In this document: positions 39,600 to 52,899 of the stretch, in pieces
Position numbering within the stretch: the stretch's first letter is position 1
How the letters are laid out: the number at the start of each line of letters is the position of its first letter
Assembly (NCBI GenBank): GCA_964187785.1
Contig: OZ076416.1
Location: 25,110,001-25,174,000 of the forward strand
Length of the DNA stretch: 64,000 bases
Direction of reading: 5' to 3'
Source of the DNA: Amphiscolops sp. MND2022
Lineage: Eukaryota
Notes under the pieces: generated by a model
What the model saw: the letters and a program-made list of their open reading frames with translations, nothing else
What the model was told of the DNA's origin: nothing
The model's database searches: none
Made by a program: the position numbers and the translations under genes

Positions 39600-39810
39600 T
39601 CCTTATCTTTCTGCATGAGTGCCGCGTTTCTTGCGTTTCTTGGCGACAGTGAAATCAGAGACCTTGTCCTCGCCTATAGCCAATCTAGTTCCAGCCCGAA
39701 CGTTGCCAATGCCTACTTTGGTTCGAATCGAGCGCAGTGGCCGAACCAACTCACTTTCCTGTTGCGACCGTCCTCTTTTGTCTGTTTTGGGTGCTTGCCC
39801 GGATAAGCCT
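39600..39810 (-). pseudogene. Degenerate LINE ORF2 C-terminal remnant (RTE/L2-like); second copy at about 47060-47250
   Basis: Minus-strand translation gives RNRKVSWFGHCARFEPK, resembling the WFGHxxR motif. Confidence 0.4.
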
Positions 39811-42379
39811 TTTGATTATCGCGCTGAGTGATGACTTCTAGCGTACTTCTCATTGTTGTTGTTTGTCCATAAAAGCTCAATAAAGCCGGCGGTGAGCACG
39901 ATAAGGCAGTTTTTCAGGGGTTTTGACAAATTGCAAGTTCGTCTTTGATCTAGTTCCTTTGGTCTTGAGGAATTCGATTCAATTTTTGGATCCAACTTTT
40001 GTATCTAATTCGATCTAGTTACTTAACATCTGTAGTCTGACGAAAATGACCAGTTTAAGGGTTAATGTCCGAAACAGTTGCTCATTCGGGCATTCTATTT
40101 CTTCCATAAAACTTTTTTTTGCAATTTCTTTCGAGTAAGAGCTCGTTTCGTTGTGCAATTTCCAATCTGTGTGAAACTTATCGATTACAGTTGGTTTATT
40201 ATTTTCCAACAGTAATCGCACTGATTCGTTTGGGGGTTGCTGTATCACTTTTGTGACAAATTCAGCTCAATGTGGTTGTTGTTGTTGTGTGAATTCCCAG
40301 ATTAACTGGAGAGATTTTTCTCGATGTTTCATTAAACAAATATCCAGGTGTTGCGTCAGTTTTGACAATCACGCGCGATTGTACAAAATCAAATCAAACT
40401 TTCATTGTATAATGTTCGGATGTCGCCCTACATGTGGTATAAAAGCCGATTGTTGAGGCCATCTGAATTAAAAAGTTTCACATTGTGGTTTTGGTGGTTT
40501 ACAGTTCTGCAAGTCCTGAAACGAAATTCCGCAAGGTGGGAAGCTTGAAACTTGTGTGTCTACGATTGTTCTTCACTGTTTCATAGAGCTTTGTACTTTG
40601 TTGGCAAATTTTTGAGAGGCAAAGATGGTTATTAGGTTGCCAGGACATTCGAAGCGGTAAGGTATTGAGATTCACCATGAGGGTATAATAATACGAGTAA
40701 TAATCACAGATACTCATCGAAGTTCTGACGAGAGAAGTTGTAGGAGCAAAGAAAGTGATCTTCAGAAGTAGTGCGAATTTTAAACCACTAGTTTTGCATC
40801 ATAATTCATGTCGAAAAACACTCTGGAAAGTATTGTTTGCTTTTTCACTATTTTCATCGAAATCGTTCATAAAGTTCAAATCCGCAGGAAGAAGTATTCC
40901 CAAATCGTTAATGAAATTTTGATCATTCAGGGAAAAACTCTGTTTAGTCCACCGGAATTGCAAGACAAAGCTTTTATCCTCAGCCAGGCTCTTTTTGTTA
41001 ATTCTGATCTAGTTTTCCAAAGCTCTAAGGTCTGAGATAGTTTTGGTTGACTGCTGAAATGCTAGAAGTTTTAGATTATCAGCATACAGAAAACTACGCA
41101 GGCAGGTGTTGTTGTTGTTTGTCTATTGGAGGAAGCGGCGACATATATCAAGTCGAAAATATTTGGTCGAAAATACTCTGATCGAAAATGGTCGACAAGG
41201 AGTTAGGTCGAAATTGATGGGGGATTGTTTTTTGGTCGACATATTCTAGGAGCGAAGACCAATCGGGAACGGAGATCGCGAAGAGATCGTAGTGTGAGCT
41301 GGTCTTTGCGACGGTGAGGGCAAGCGTGCATACACCGGATATGCCCCACAATTCAGTTTTTAGATCTTATTCCTTTATATCTTGGGTGGTGGAGCACTCA
41401 GGATCTTGTGTGAAGGATGTCCAGTTTGTAGAAGATAATGATCCAGTTTGTAATATATATTCTACAAACTTGACCACCTAGGACCAGTTGTATAATTCTA
41501 CAAATTGGTATTCTACAGACTGGACTTAATTCAAATTTTCGAACTTCGTTTTTTCTTGGAAAGTTTCAAAATGATCTGTAGAATTTAGTTTATTGGAAGA
41601 ATGAAAACTTTTAACAGAACAAACACGTCTACAGTAGGCGTTTCGAAAGTCAATTGCAGTTTCACGTTAGAACAGAGCCTCAATTTGACCACAAAAGTGT
41701 AGAAAAAAATTCTCATCTTCGAGCGTTTTCAGTAACTTTTCGCCGGCTAGTTACTGGTATCCACACAGTTCGACAACAGAACAATTAGATAATTAATGTG
41801 TTTTATGAACACGTGTTTCTTTTTAAATGGGATGACAATGATCAAATGCGTCGCAACTTTTTTCAAACTTCTATGCATTTTGATATTGCGTTGGTTACTC
41901 TTGGCCCTCAAAATTATGTCGTCGTAGAACAGTTTGGCCTAAAAATATCCTACTGGTCAGCGGGAGTCTCGGTTTTTTCTAATCTATAAAATAGGTTTTT
42001 TTGTATATTGTGACGTGGTGTTTTTATTTGCATATCGATTTGTTGAGCAGTTTAGCTATTAATTTTTCTTCGGGAAACAAATTTACTCGAATTGAATTTT
42101 TTTAATTTTGATTGCCGATGCTTTTATTCTCTATTTTTGAAACCAGATGACCAACGCATTGATGTCTTGTTGCAGTTCTCTTAGATAGAGAGAGAGATAA
42201 AAGACTCAATTCTCACTAGAGATTCAAAAACAAATAGCAAAACAAATTATAGAAAGCTAAAATAACAACAGATGAAATACTGCGTTCTTGTCAATGGATT
42301 GAAACATAGCACATGACACGTGATACTATGAGATGGATCGACTTGAATACAAAATGGATAGACTTGTCTGCTGACATCA

Positions 42380-44040
42380 TAGAAAGCTGAGTCAGATAAC
42401 ATTGAGAGTACATTTACATTTACTTTATGAACAACAAATGAAATTTACAAGCTGATGCCTGTCATTGACATAGGAACTGAGAAGTTCCAGGAATTCATCA
42501 TCAAGTCCAAACCTGGAAAGCTTCGATAACAGAACGTTCAGGGGAACTTTATCGAATGCTTTGGCATAATCAAGATAAAGATTGTATTGTTGATCGAACC
42601 GGCCAAACTTCATAGTTTCAATGAAATCATGCAGTTGTAAGACATCACTCTTACGTGACTGAAATCCAAACTGACTTGGATGATATGGTGTCTGATCTTC
42701 TCATAACGAAAGTTGAAGCGCAGTCATTCAAACACTAACGAGTTTTTTGGTAACAAGTTTATAGGCCTATATTTAGCATTATCATTTTTGACTCCAGACT
42801 TGAACATCGGATTAATATACGAAATTTTCCAGATAAGAGGAAATGAGCATGTTAAAATGATTGCTATTAGTTTTTTTTCGGGAAACAAATTTACTCGAAT
42901 TGAATTTTTTTAATTTTGGTTGCCGATGCTTATTTTCTCCATTTTCGAAACCAGAAGACCGCAAGACAAGACGCATTGATTGTCTGCTGACATCAAAGAA
43001 AGCTGAGTCAGATAATATTGAGAGTACATTTACATTTACTACATGAACAACAAATGAAATTTACAAGCTGATGCCTCTCATTGACATAGGAACTGAGAAG
43101 TTCCAGGAATTCATCATCAAGTCCAAACCTGGAAAGCTTCGATAACAGAACGTTTAGGGGAACTTTATCGAATGCTTTGGCATAATCAAGATAAAGAATG
43201 TATTGTTGATCGAACTGGCCAAACTTCATAGTTTCAATGAAATCAAGCAGTTGTAAGACATCACTCTTACGTGACTGAAATCCAAACTGACTTGGATGAT
43301 ATGGTGTCTGATCTTCTCATACCGAAAGTTGAAGCGCAGTCATTCAAACACTAACGAGTTTTTTGGTAACAAGTTTATAGGCCTATATTTAGCATTATCA
43401 TTTTTGACTCCCGACTTGAACATCGGATTAATATAGGAAATATTCCAGATAAGAGGAAATGAGCATGTTAAAATGATTGCTATTAATTTTTTTCGGGAAA
43501 CAAATTTACTCGAATTGAATTTCTTTAAATTTTGGTTGCCGATGCTTATTTTCTCCATTTTCGAAACCAGAAGACCACAAGACAAGACGCATTGATGTCT
43601 TGTTGCAGATCTCTTAGAGAGAGAGCAAAAAAAAGACTCAATTCTCACTAGAGATTCGAAAGCAGCTGGCAAAACAAACTATAGAAAGCTAAATTAACAA
43701 CAGATGAAATACTGCGTTCTTGTCAGTTGATTGAAACAGCACATGACACGTGATACTATGAGATGGATCGACTTGAATAAAAAATGAATAGACTTGTCTG
43801 CTGACATTATAGAAAGCTGAGTCAGATATTATTGAGAGTACATTTACATTTACTACATGAACAACAAATGAAATTTACAAGCTGATGCGTGTCATTGACA
43901 TAGGAACTGAGACGTTCCAGGAATTCATCATCAAGTCCAAACCTGGAAAGCTTCGATAACAGAACGTTCAGGGGAACATTATCGAATGCTTTGGCATAAT
44001 CAAGATAAAGAATGTTTTGTTGATCGAACTTATCAAAATT
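42380..44040 (-). pseudogene. Three shuffled fragments of a CR1/L2-type reverse transcriptase; further copies at about 49860-50080 and 52214-52880
   Basis: YLDYAKAFD(K/N)VP..LLSKLSRFG repeated; YRPI.LLP motif in ORF 43340-43672. Confidence 0.8.
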
Positions 44041-45439
44041 GATTTCATCACTGAAAAACGACAATCGACAATTTTAGCATCTTTCCAAAAACTTTTTCCC
44101 GAGATCAAAACACTAAATAAAGATGAACTTATCATTCTTGGTTCACCGCTCGGCCCGAAATCACAAGCAGATTTATTGGAAAAAAATTAATGAAGTGGAT
44201 AAAGTTAACGGGATTGTTGAAAAACCAGATGCGCACTATGGTTTTTTTATGTTGAAAAATTGCTTCAGTTTGCCAAATTTGTTGTACTTCCTGAGAACCA
44301 GTACATGTTTTAATCATCCAGCTCTCTTGGAGAAATATGACAAAGCCGTGCGCGACGGGCTTTCCAAAGTGTGTAACGTGAACTTCGACGATATTTCGAG
44401 TACTCAGCTGGCTCTGCCTGCTGAGATGGGTGGTCTTGGGGTTTCATCCGCATCATTATTAGCACTTGCCGCCTTTTTGGCCTCAGCTTTTGGTGCCAGC
44501 GATTTTCTCACGACGATTTTCTCGGAAACATTCGAAGATGTTTCATTTACAAAAGCGCTTGAGAAATGGTTGAGTTTGACGAATGAACAAGAAAGTCCTC
44601 TCGATGGAACCCAGAAAAATTGGACACAACCTGTCTTCGTCAACACCGCCCGGGATTTGATTTCTAGAATGGATGACAGACGTTCGAAAATTTTCAACGC
44701 TCATCAAGGCAAATTCGGGTCTCAATGACTGAACGTGTTCCTTGCAAGAACCTAGGCCTGAAACTTGATGATCAACAGCTTCGGATTTCATTTGGTTTGC
44801 GTTTCGGGGCCAACATCTGTGTTGCGCATACGTGCCACTGTAGTAAAAGAGTTGAACGGGACAGTTTACACGGTCTTTTTTGCACCAAGAGTGCTGGTCG
44901 CTTCTCACGTCATGCTAATCTCAATTCTCTCAAAGCAGACGTTGGGATCTCTCGACTTGCCTTCAGTGCTCGAACCACGTGGACTGTATCGAACTGATGG
45001 CAAACGCCCAGACGGAGTTACCATGATTCCGTGGAAAATGGGTAAACACCTGGCGTGGGATGTCACGGTTGTGGATGCTCTTGCACCCAGTCGCCTGAAT
45101 CAAGGCTCTTTATGCAACCCGGGAACCGCCGCCACCGAGGCTGAAGCGCGTACAATTGAGAAGTATCGCGAATTAATAGACAATGGATACATTTTTCAGC
45201 CGGAGGCTTTGGAAGTACAGGGTTCTTTAGGCGAGAGCAGTGAAATTTTCATCACGCGTCTCTGTAAAATGCTCTGTCGTTCGCATGACGATCAACGAGC
45301 TGGCAGCATTTTGAAGCAACGGATTTCAATGGCTCTTCAGATCGGCAATGCAGCGGCCTGTGTTCTAGGAACTGTGAGCGACAGAGCTGCGTTCGAAGAA
45401 ATTTATTACATACAGCTTTTTTTTACCTTTATATCATAG
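44040..45439 (+). mobile_element. 5'-truncated non-LTR retrotransposon with restriction-like endonuclease (CRE/NeSL-type), copy 1
   Basis: LALP..GGLG, Q*LNV.P..GL, CHC..H...C knuckle and [14 protein letters not shown] (PD-D/ExK-type). Confidence 0.85.
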
Positions 45440-45699
45440 CAGCTTGTGCCGGTCAACTATAGTGGCTGGTTTGAGTAGTCTGTTGGTTTTTTTGTTACTG
45501 GTATAGTGGCTGGTATGGGGTCCCCTACTTTCGTTGCAGACCACGTGTGTGTGTCTTCTCCCTCCAACATGATGATACACATGGCACTTGATTGATGACG
45601 AAGATCCATGATATCTGATAGAGAAAAAAAATTGTTTAGGGTTAACTTGTTCTATCGTTCAACCCTATATTGTTTATTCAAAGTATAATTTTAGTTGCA

Positions 45700-46195
45700 A
45701 TGAGTCCTTTTGTGTCTTTGTCAAGAGTCGACTACTTCAGCGCAGCTCACAGGCTCAACTCTTTCAGGTTGTCACCTGAGGAAAACAAGAAGGTCTTTGG
45801 AAAATGCAATCATCCGAATTCCCACGGTCATAATTACAAAGTTAGCCCGTTTTCATTTCATCTGATGGCTGTTTTTCCTGTGATCTTGTGGGCCTCTGTT
45901 TTGACAGATTGAAATAACGGTCCGAGGTCCGCCGGACAATGTGACTGGAATGGTGATGAATTTAGAAGATCTGAAGCGATACATCAAAATGGCAATTTTT
46001 GATCAAATGGATCATAAAAATTTGGACTTGGATGTGGCTTACTTCGCTGAAAGACCCAGCACGGTGGAAAACATCACCATTTTTATTTGGCATGAACTGA
46101 AAAAAGTAATGTACTTGGAAGGAACTGATTACTTGCTGTACAAGGTGAAAGTTTGGGAGACCGAAAAAAATGTTGCCTCTTTTAAAAGAGAGTGA
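45700..46195 (+). CDS. PTS: 6-pyruvoyl-tetrahydropterin synthase, copy 1 (exons 45700-45840 and 45908-46195; 142 aa)
   Basis: [38 protein letters not shown] and ET.KN; 67-bp GT..AG phase-0 intron. Confidence 0.95.
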
Positions 46196-49100
46196 TCCTA
46201 TTGATGATCACTGGGACCTCAAGTAACAGGATCGATGCTGCCCTTAACTAGTAAGTGAAAACGGAACCCATTAGTATGCGGAGGCAGTCAACGTTTTGTA
46301 GTTGAAGCAACTCTGAATTTTGAACAAATCGTCAAGAATCGCTGGCATGCGCTGAACGTATCATAAACGGAATGCTCAGTATCCTGGAATCTAGATTTAC
46401 ACTCGTTGTCAATAGCTTTGAATAATCTTGGTTCATTTCTTCCGGTAGTTCTACCTGAAAATTATATGTTGCATCTAAACCCCGTTATGAGCAATTCTAC
46501 AATTGACGAGGCTCAATATGTTTATAGTTTTTTAGTTTCGATTTTCATTCCTGATTATGTGTTTAATTTGTCAACTCGCTCAATATCAGAAGGGCAAAAG
46601 TTCCAAGTATAATTTGGAGTCATTGGAGTGAAATTCGCAAAATGAACAGTTTTTGTTCAGATTGGCCATTCAGAGGTTCTATCTGTTTGTGATCGATGTA
46701 AGAAAATCCTTGTTAGTGTAAACTGGGATCGCAGGTATTCCTACGGGTCATATCGGACCCACCAGCTACAAGTGCTTTGCGAACATGAAAACCAGGATTC
46801 TTTAATCACAGTCCGCAAACGTAAACAACGGATCAAGAGGACGTAAAAATTGTCAAGCTTCACCGCAAGATGAGGGCATGGAGCCGTTACAGTTCTTTTC
46901 CTTCCTGTATCACATCACAAAATTCCTCAAAAAGTTAAGAAAGTTCGGTCCTGTTTCCTCGTTCGATTTGTCATCAGAGTTTTGTGCTCATGAAATTCTA
47001 AACCTTGGAAATTTTTCTACATTGGTGTTATCCGAGAAGTAAAGTTTCCTCTCCTTATCTTTCACCATGAGTGCCGCGTTTCTTGTCGACAGTGAAATCA
47101 GAAACCTTGTCCTCGCCTATAGCCAATCTAGTTCCAGCCCGAACGTTGTCATTGCCTACTTTGGTTCGAATCGAGCGCAGTGGCCGAACCAACTAACTTT
47201 CCTGTTGCGACCTTCCTCTTTTGTCTGTTTTGGGTGCTTGCCCGGATAAGCCTTTTGATTATCGCGCTGAGTGATGACTTCTAGCGTACTTCTCATTGTT
47301 GTTGTTTGTCCATAAAAGCTCAATAAAGCCGGCGGTAAGCACGATAAGGCAGTTTTTCAGGGGTTTTGACAAATTGCAAGTTCGTCTTTGATCTAGTTCT
47401 TTTGGTCTTGAGGAATTCGATTCAATTTTTGCATGTAACTTTTGTATCTAATTCGATCTAATTACTTAACATCTGTATTCTGACGAAAACGACCAGTTTA
47501 AGGGTTAATGTCGGAAACAGTTGCTCATTCGGGCATTCTATTTCTTCCATAAAACTTTTTTTTGCAATTTCTTTCGAGTAAGAGCTCGTTTCGTTGTGCA
47601 ATTTCCAATCTGTGTGAAACTTATCGATTACAGCTGGTTTATTATTTTCCAACAGTAATCGCACTGATTCGTTTGGGGGTTGCTGTATCACTTTTGTGAC
47701 AAATTCAGCTCAATGTGGTTGTTGTTGTTGTGTGAATTCCCAGATTAACTGGAGGGATTTTTCTCGATGTTTCATTAAACAAATATCCAGGTGTTGCGTC
47801 ATTTTTGACAATCACGCGCGATTGTCCAAAATCAAATCAAACTTTCATTGTATAATGTTCTGATGTCGCCCTACATGTGGTCTAAAAGCCGATTGTTGAG
47901 GCCATCTGAATTAAAGAATTTCACATTGTGGTTTAGGTGGTTTACAACTCTGCAAGTCCTGAAACGAAATTCCGCAAGGTGGTAAGCTTGAAACTTGTGT
48001 GTCTACGATTGTTCTTCACTGTTTCATAGAGTTTTGTACTTTGTTGGCAAATTTTTGAGAGGCAAAGATGGTTATTAGGTTGCCAGGACATTCGAAGCGG
48101 TAAGGTATTGAGTTTCACCATGAGAGTATAATAACACGTGTAATAATCACAGATACTCATTTCAAGACGTGCGTTTGAAAAGAATGGTGTTTTTTCATCG
48201 AAGTTTCAACGAGAGAAGTTGAAGGAGCAACGAAAGTGATCTTCAGAAGTAGTACGAATTTTAAACCAATAGTTTTGCATCATAATTCATGTCGAAAAAC
48301 ACTCTGGAAAGTAATGTTTGCTTTTTCACTATTTTCATCGAAATCGTTCATAAAGTTCAAATCCGCAGGAAGAAGTATTCTCAAATCCTTAATGAAATTT
48401 TGATCATTCAGGGAAAAATTCTGTTTAGTCCACCGGAATTGCAAGACCAAGCTTTTATCCTCAGCCAGGCTCTTTTTGTTAACTTTGATCCAGTTTTCCA
48501 AAGCTCTAAGGTCTGAGATAGTTTTGGTTGACTGCTGAAATGATAGAAGTTTTAGATTATCAGCATACAGAAAACTACGCAGGCAGGTGTTGTTGTTGTT
48601 TGTCTATTGGAGGAAGCGGCGACATATATCAAGTCGAAAATATTTGGTCGAAAATACTCTGATCGAAAATGGTCGACAAGGAGTTAGGTCGAAATTGATG
48701 GGGGATTGTTTTTCGGTCGACATATTCTAGGAGCGAAGACCAATCGGGAACGGAGATCGCGAAGAGATCGTAGTGTGAGCTGGTCTTTGCGACGGTGAGG
48801 GCAAGCGTGCATACACGGATATGCCCCACATTTCAGTTTTTAGATCTTATTCCTTTATATCTTCGGTGGTGGAGCTCTCAGGATCTTGTGTGAAGGATGT
48901 CCAGTTTGTAGAATATAATGATCCAGTTTGTAATATAAATTCTACAAACTTGACCATCTAGGACCAGTTGTATAATTCTACAAACTGGTATTCTACAGAC
49001 TGGACTTAATTCAAAGTTTCGAACTACGTTTTTTCTTGGAAAGTTTCAAAATGTTTTGTAGAATTTAGTTTATTGGAAGAATGAAAACTTTTAACAGAAC

Positions 49101-50089
49101 AAACACGTCTACAGTAGGCGTTTCGAAAGTCAATTGCAGTTTCACGTTAGAAAAGAGCCTCAATTTGACCCCAAAAGAGTACAAAAAAATTCTCATCTTC
49201 GAGCGTTTTCAGTAACTTTTCGCCGGCTAGTTTTTGGTATCCACACAGTTCGACAACAGAACAATTAGATGATTAATGTGTTGTATGAACACGTGTTTCT
49301 TTTTAAATGGGATGACAATGATCAAATGCGTCGCAACTTTTTTCAAACTTCTATGCATTTTGATATTGCGTTGGTTACTCTTGGCCCTCAAAATTATGTC
49401 GTCGTAGAACAGTTTGGCCTAAAAATATCCTACTGGTCAGCGGGAGTCTCGGGTTTTTCTAATCAATTAAGTAAGTTTTTATGTATATTGTGACGTGGTA
49501 TTTGTATTTGCATATCGATTTGTTGAACAGTTTAGCTATTAAGTTTTCTTCGGGAAACAAATTTACTCGAATTGAATTTTTTTAATTTTGATTGCCGATG
49601 CTTTTATTTTCTATTTTTGAAACCAGATGACCAACGCATTGATGTCTTGTTGCAGTTCTCTTAGATAGAGAGAGAGATAAAAGACTCAATTCTCACTAGA
49701 GATTCAAAAAGAAATAGCAAAACAAATTATAGAAAGCTAAAATAACAACAGATGAAATACTGCGTTCTTGTCAATGGATTGAAACATAGCACATGACACG
49801 TCATACTATGAGATAGATCGACTTGATAACAAAATGGATAGACTTGTCTGCTGACATTATAGAAAGCTGAGTCAGATATTATTGAGAGTACATTTACATT
49901 TACTACATGAACAACAAATGAAATTTACAAGCTGATGCCTGTCATTGACATAGGAACTGAGACGTTCCAGGAATTCATCATCAAGTCCAAACCTGGAAAG
50001 CTTCGATAACAGAACGTTCAGGGGAACATTATCGAATGCTTTGGCATAATCAAGATAAAGAATGTATTGTTGATCGAACTTATCAAAAT

Positions 50090-51466
50090 TGATTTCATCA
50101 CTGAAAAACGACAATCGACAAATTTAGCATCTTTCCAAAAACTTTATCCCGGGATCAAAACACCAAAGAAAGATGAACTTATCATTCTTGGTTCATCGCT
50201 CGGCCCGAAATCACAAGCAGATTTATTGAAAAAAAATTAATGAACTGGATAAAGTTAACATGATTGTTGAAAAACTAGATGCGCACTATGGTTTTTTTAT
50301 GTTGAAAAATTGCTTCAGTTTGCCAAAGTTGTTGTACTTCCTGAGAACCAGTACAAGTTTTAATCATCCAGCTCTCTTGGAGAAATATGACAAAACCGTG
50401 CGCGACGGGCTTTCCAAAGTGTGTAACGTGAACTTCGACGATATTTTGAGTACTCAGCTGGCTCTGCCTGCTGATATGGGTGGTCTTGGGGTTTCATCCG
50501 CATCATTATTAGCACTTGCCGCCTTTTTGGCCTCAGCTTTTGGTGCCAGCGATTTTCTCACGACGATTTTCTCGGAAACATTCGAAGATGTTTCATTTAC
50601 AAAAGCGCTTGAGAAATGGTTGAGTTTGACGAATGAACAAGAAAGTCCTCTCGATGGAACCCAGAAAAGTTGGACACAATCTGTCTTCGTCAAAACCGCC
50701 CGGGATTTGATTTCTAGAATGGATGACAGACGTTCGAAAATTTTCAACGCTCATCAAGGCAAATTCGGGTATCAATGACTGAACGTCGTTCCTTGCAAGA
50801 ACCTAGGCCTGAAACTTGATGATCAGCAGCTTCGGATTTCATTTGGTTTGCGTTTCGGGGCCAACATCTGTGTTGGGCATACGTGCCACTGTAGTAAAAG
50901 AGTTGAACGGGACAGTTTACACGGTCTTTTTTGCACCAAGAGTGCTGGTCGCTTCTCACGTCATGCTAATCTCAATTCTCTCAAAGCAGACGTTGGGATC
51001 TCTCGACTTGCCTTCAGTGCTCGAACCGCGTGGACTGTATCGAACTGATGGCAAACGCCCAGACAGAGGTACCATGATTCCTTGGAAAATGGGTAAACAC
51101 CTGGCGTGGGATGTCACGGTTGTGGATGCTCTTGCATCCAGTCGCCTGAATCAAGGCTCTTTATGCAACCCGGGAACCACCGCCACCGAGGCTGAAGCGC
51201 GTAAAATTGAGAAGTATCGCAAATTAATAGACAATGGATACATTTTTCAGCCGGTGGCCTTGGAAGTACAGGGTTCTTTAGGCGAGAGCAGTGAAGTTTT
51301 CATCACGCGTCTCTGTAAAATGCTCTGTCGTTCGCATGACGATCAACGAGCTGGCAGCTTTTTGGAGCAACCGATTTCAATGGCTCTTCAGATCGGCAAT
51401 GCAGCGGCCTGTGTTCTAGGAACTGTGAGCGACAGAGCTGCGTTCGAAGAAATTTATTACATATAG
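50090..51466 (+). mobile_element. RLE-type non-LTR fragment, copy 2
   Basis: Near-identical to 44040-45439, with the same TGA and frameshift. Confidence 0.85.
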
Positions 51467-51753
51467 CCTAATTTTTTTGACCTTTATATCATAGCAGCTT
51501 GTGCCGGTCGACTATAGTGGCTGGTTTGAGTAGTCTGTTGGTTTTTTTGTTACTGGTATAGTGGCTGGTATGGGATCCCCTACTTTCGTTGCAGACCACG
51601 GGTGTGTGTCTTCTCCCTCCAACATGATGATACACATGGCACTTGATTGATGACGAAGATCCATGATATCTGATAGAGAAAATAATTGTTTAGGGTTAAC
51701 TTGTTCTATCGTTCAACCCTATATTGTTTAATCAAAGTATAATTTTAGTTGCA

Positions 51754-52549
51754 ATGAGTCCTTTTGTGTCTTTGTCAAGAGTTGACTGCTTCAGCGCAGC
51801 TCACAGGCTCAACTCTTTCAGGTTGTCACCTGAGGAAAACAAGAAGGTCTTTGGAAAATGCAATCATCCGAATTCCCACGGTCATAATTACAAAGTTAGC
51901 CAGTTTTCATTTCATCCGATGACTGTTTTTCTTGTGATCTTGTGGGCCTATGTTTTGACAGATTGAAATAACGGTCCGAGGTCCGCCGGACAATGTGACT
52001 GGAATGGTGATGAATTTAGAAGATCTGAAGCGATACATCAAAATGGCAATTTTTGATCAAATGGATCATAAAAATTTGGACTTGGATGTGGCTTACTTCG
52101 CTGAAAGACCCAGCACGGTGGAAAACATCACCATTTTTATTTGGCATGAACTGAAAAAAGTAATGTACTTGGAAGGAACTGATTACTTGCTGTACAAGGT
52201 GAAAGTTTGGGAGTTTTTCGGTAACAAGTTTATAGGCCTATATTTAGCAATATCATTTTTGACTCCAGACTTGAACATCGGATTATCATACGAAATTTTC
52301 CAGATAAGAAGAAATGAGCATGTTAAAATGATTGCTATTAATTTTTCTTCAGGAAACAAATTTACTCGAATTGAATTTTTTTTAATTTTGGTTGTCGATG
52401 CTTATTTTCTCCATTTTCGAAACCAGAAGACCACAAGACAAGACGCATTGATGTCTTGTTGCAGATCTCTTGGAGAGAGAGAGAGAAAAAAGACTCAATT
52501 CTCTCTAGAGATTCGAAAGCAGTTAGCAAAACAAAATATAGATAGCTAA
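51754..52549 (+). pseudogene. PTS: PTS copy 2, truncated after VWE and fused in frame to 111 codons from the antisense strand of a LINE-RT fragment
   Basis: Exons 51754-51894 and 51962 onward; junction GAG|TTTTTCGGTAAC near 52213. Confidence 0.88.
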
Positions 52550-52899
52550 ATTAACAACAGATGAAATACTGCGTTCTTGTCAGTTGATTGAAACAGCACA
52601 TGACACGTGATACTATGAGATGGATCGACTTGAATACAAAATGGATAGACTTGTCTGCTGACATTGTAGAAAGCTGAGTCAGATAATATTGAGAGTAGAT
52701 TTACATTTACTACATGAACAACAAATGAAATTTACAAGCTGATGCCTGTCATTGACATAGGAACTGAGAAGTTCCAGGAATTCATCATCAAGTCCGAACC
52801 TGGAAATCTTCGATAACAGAACGTTCAGGGGAACATTATCGAATGCTTTGGCATAATCAAGATAAAGAATGTATTGTTGATCGAACTTATCAAAATTGA

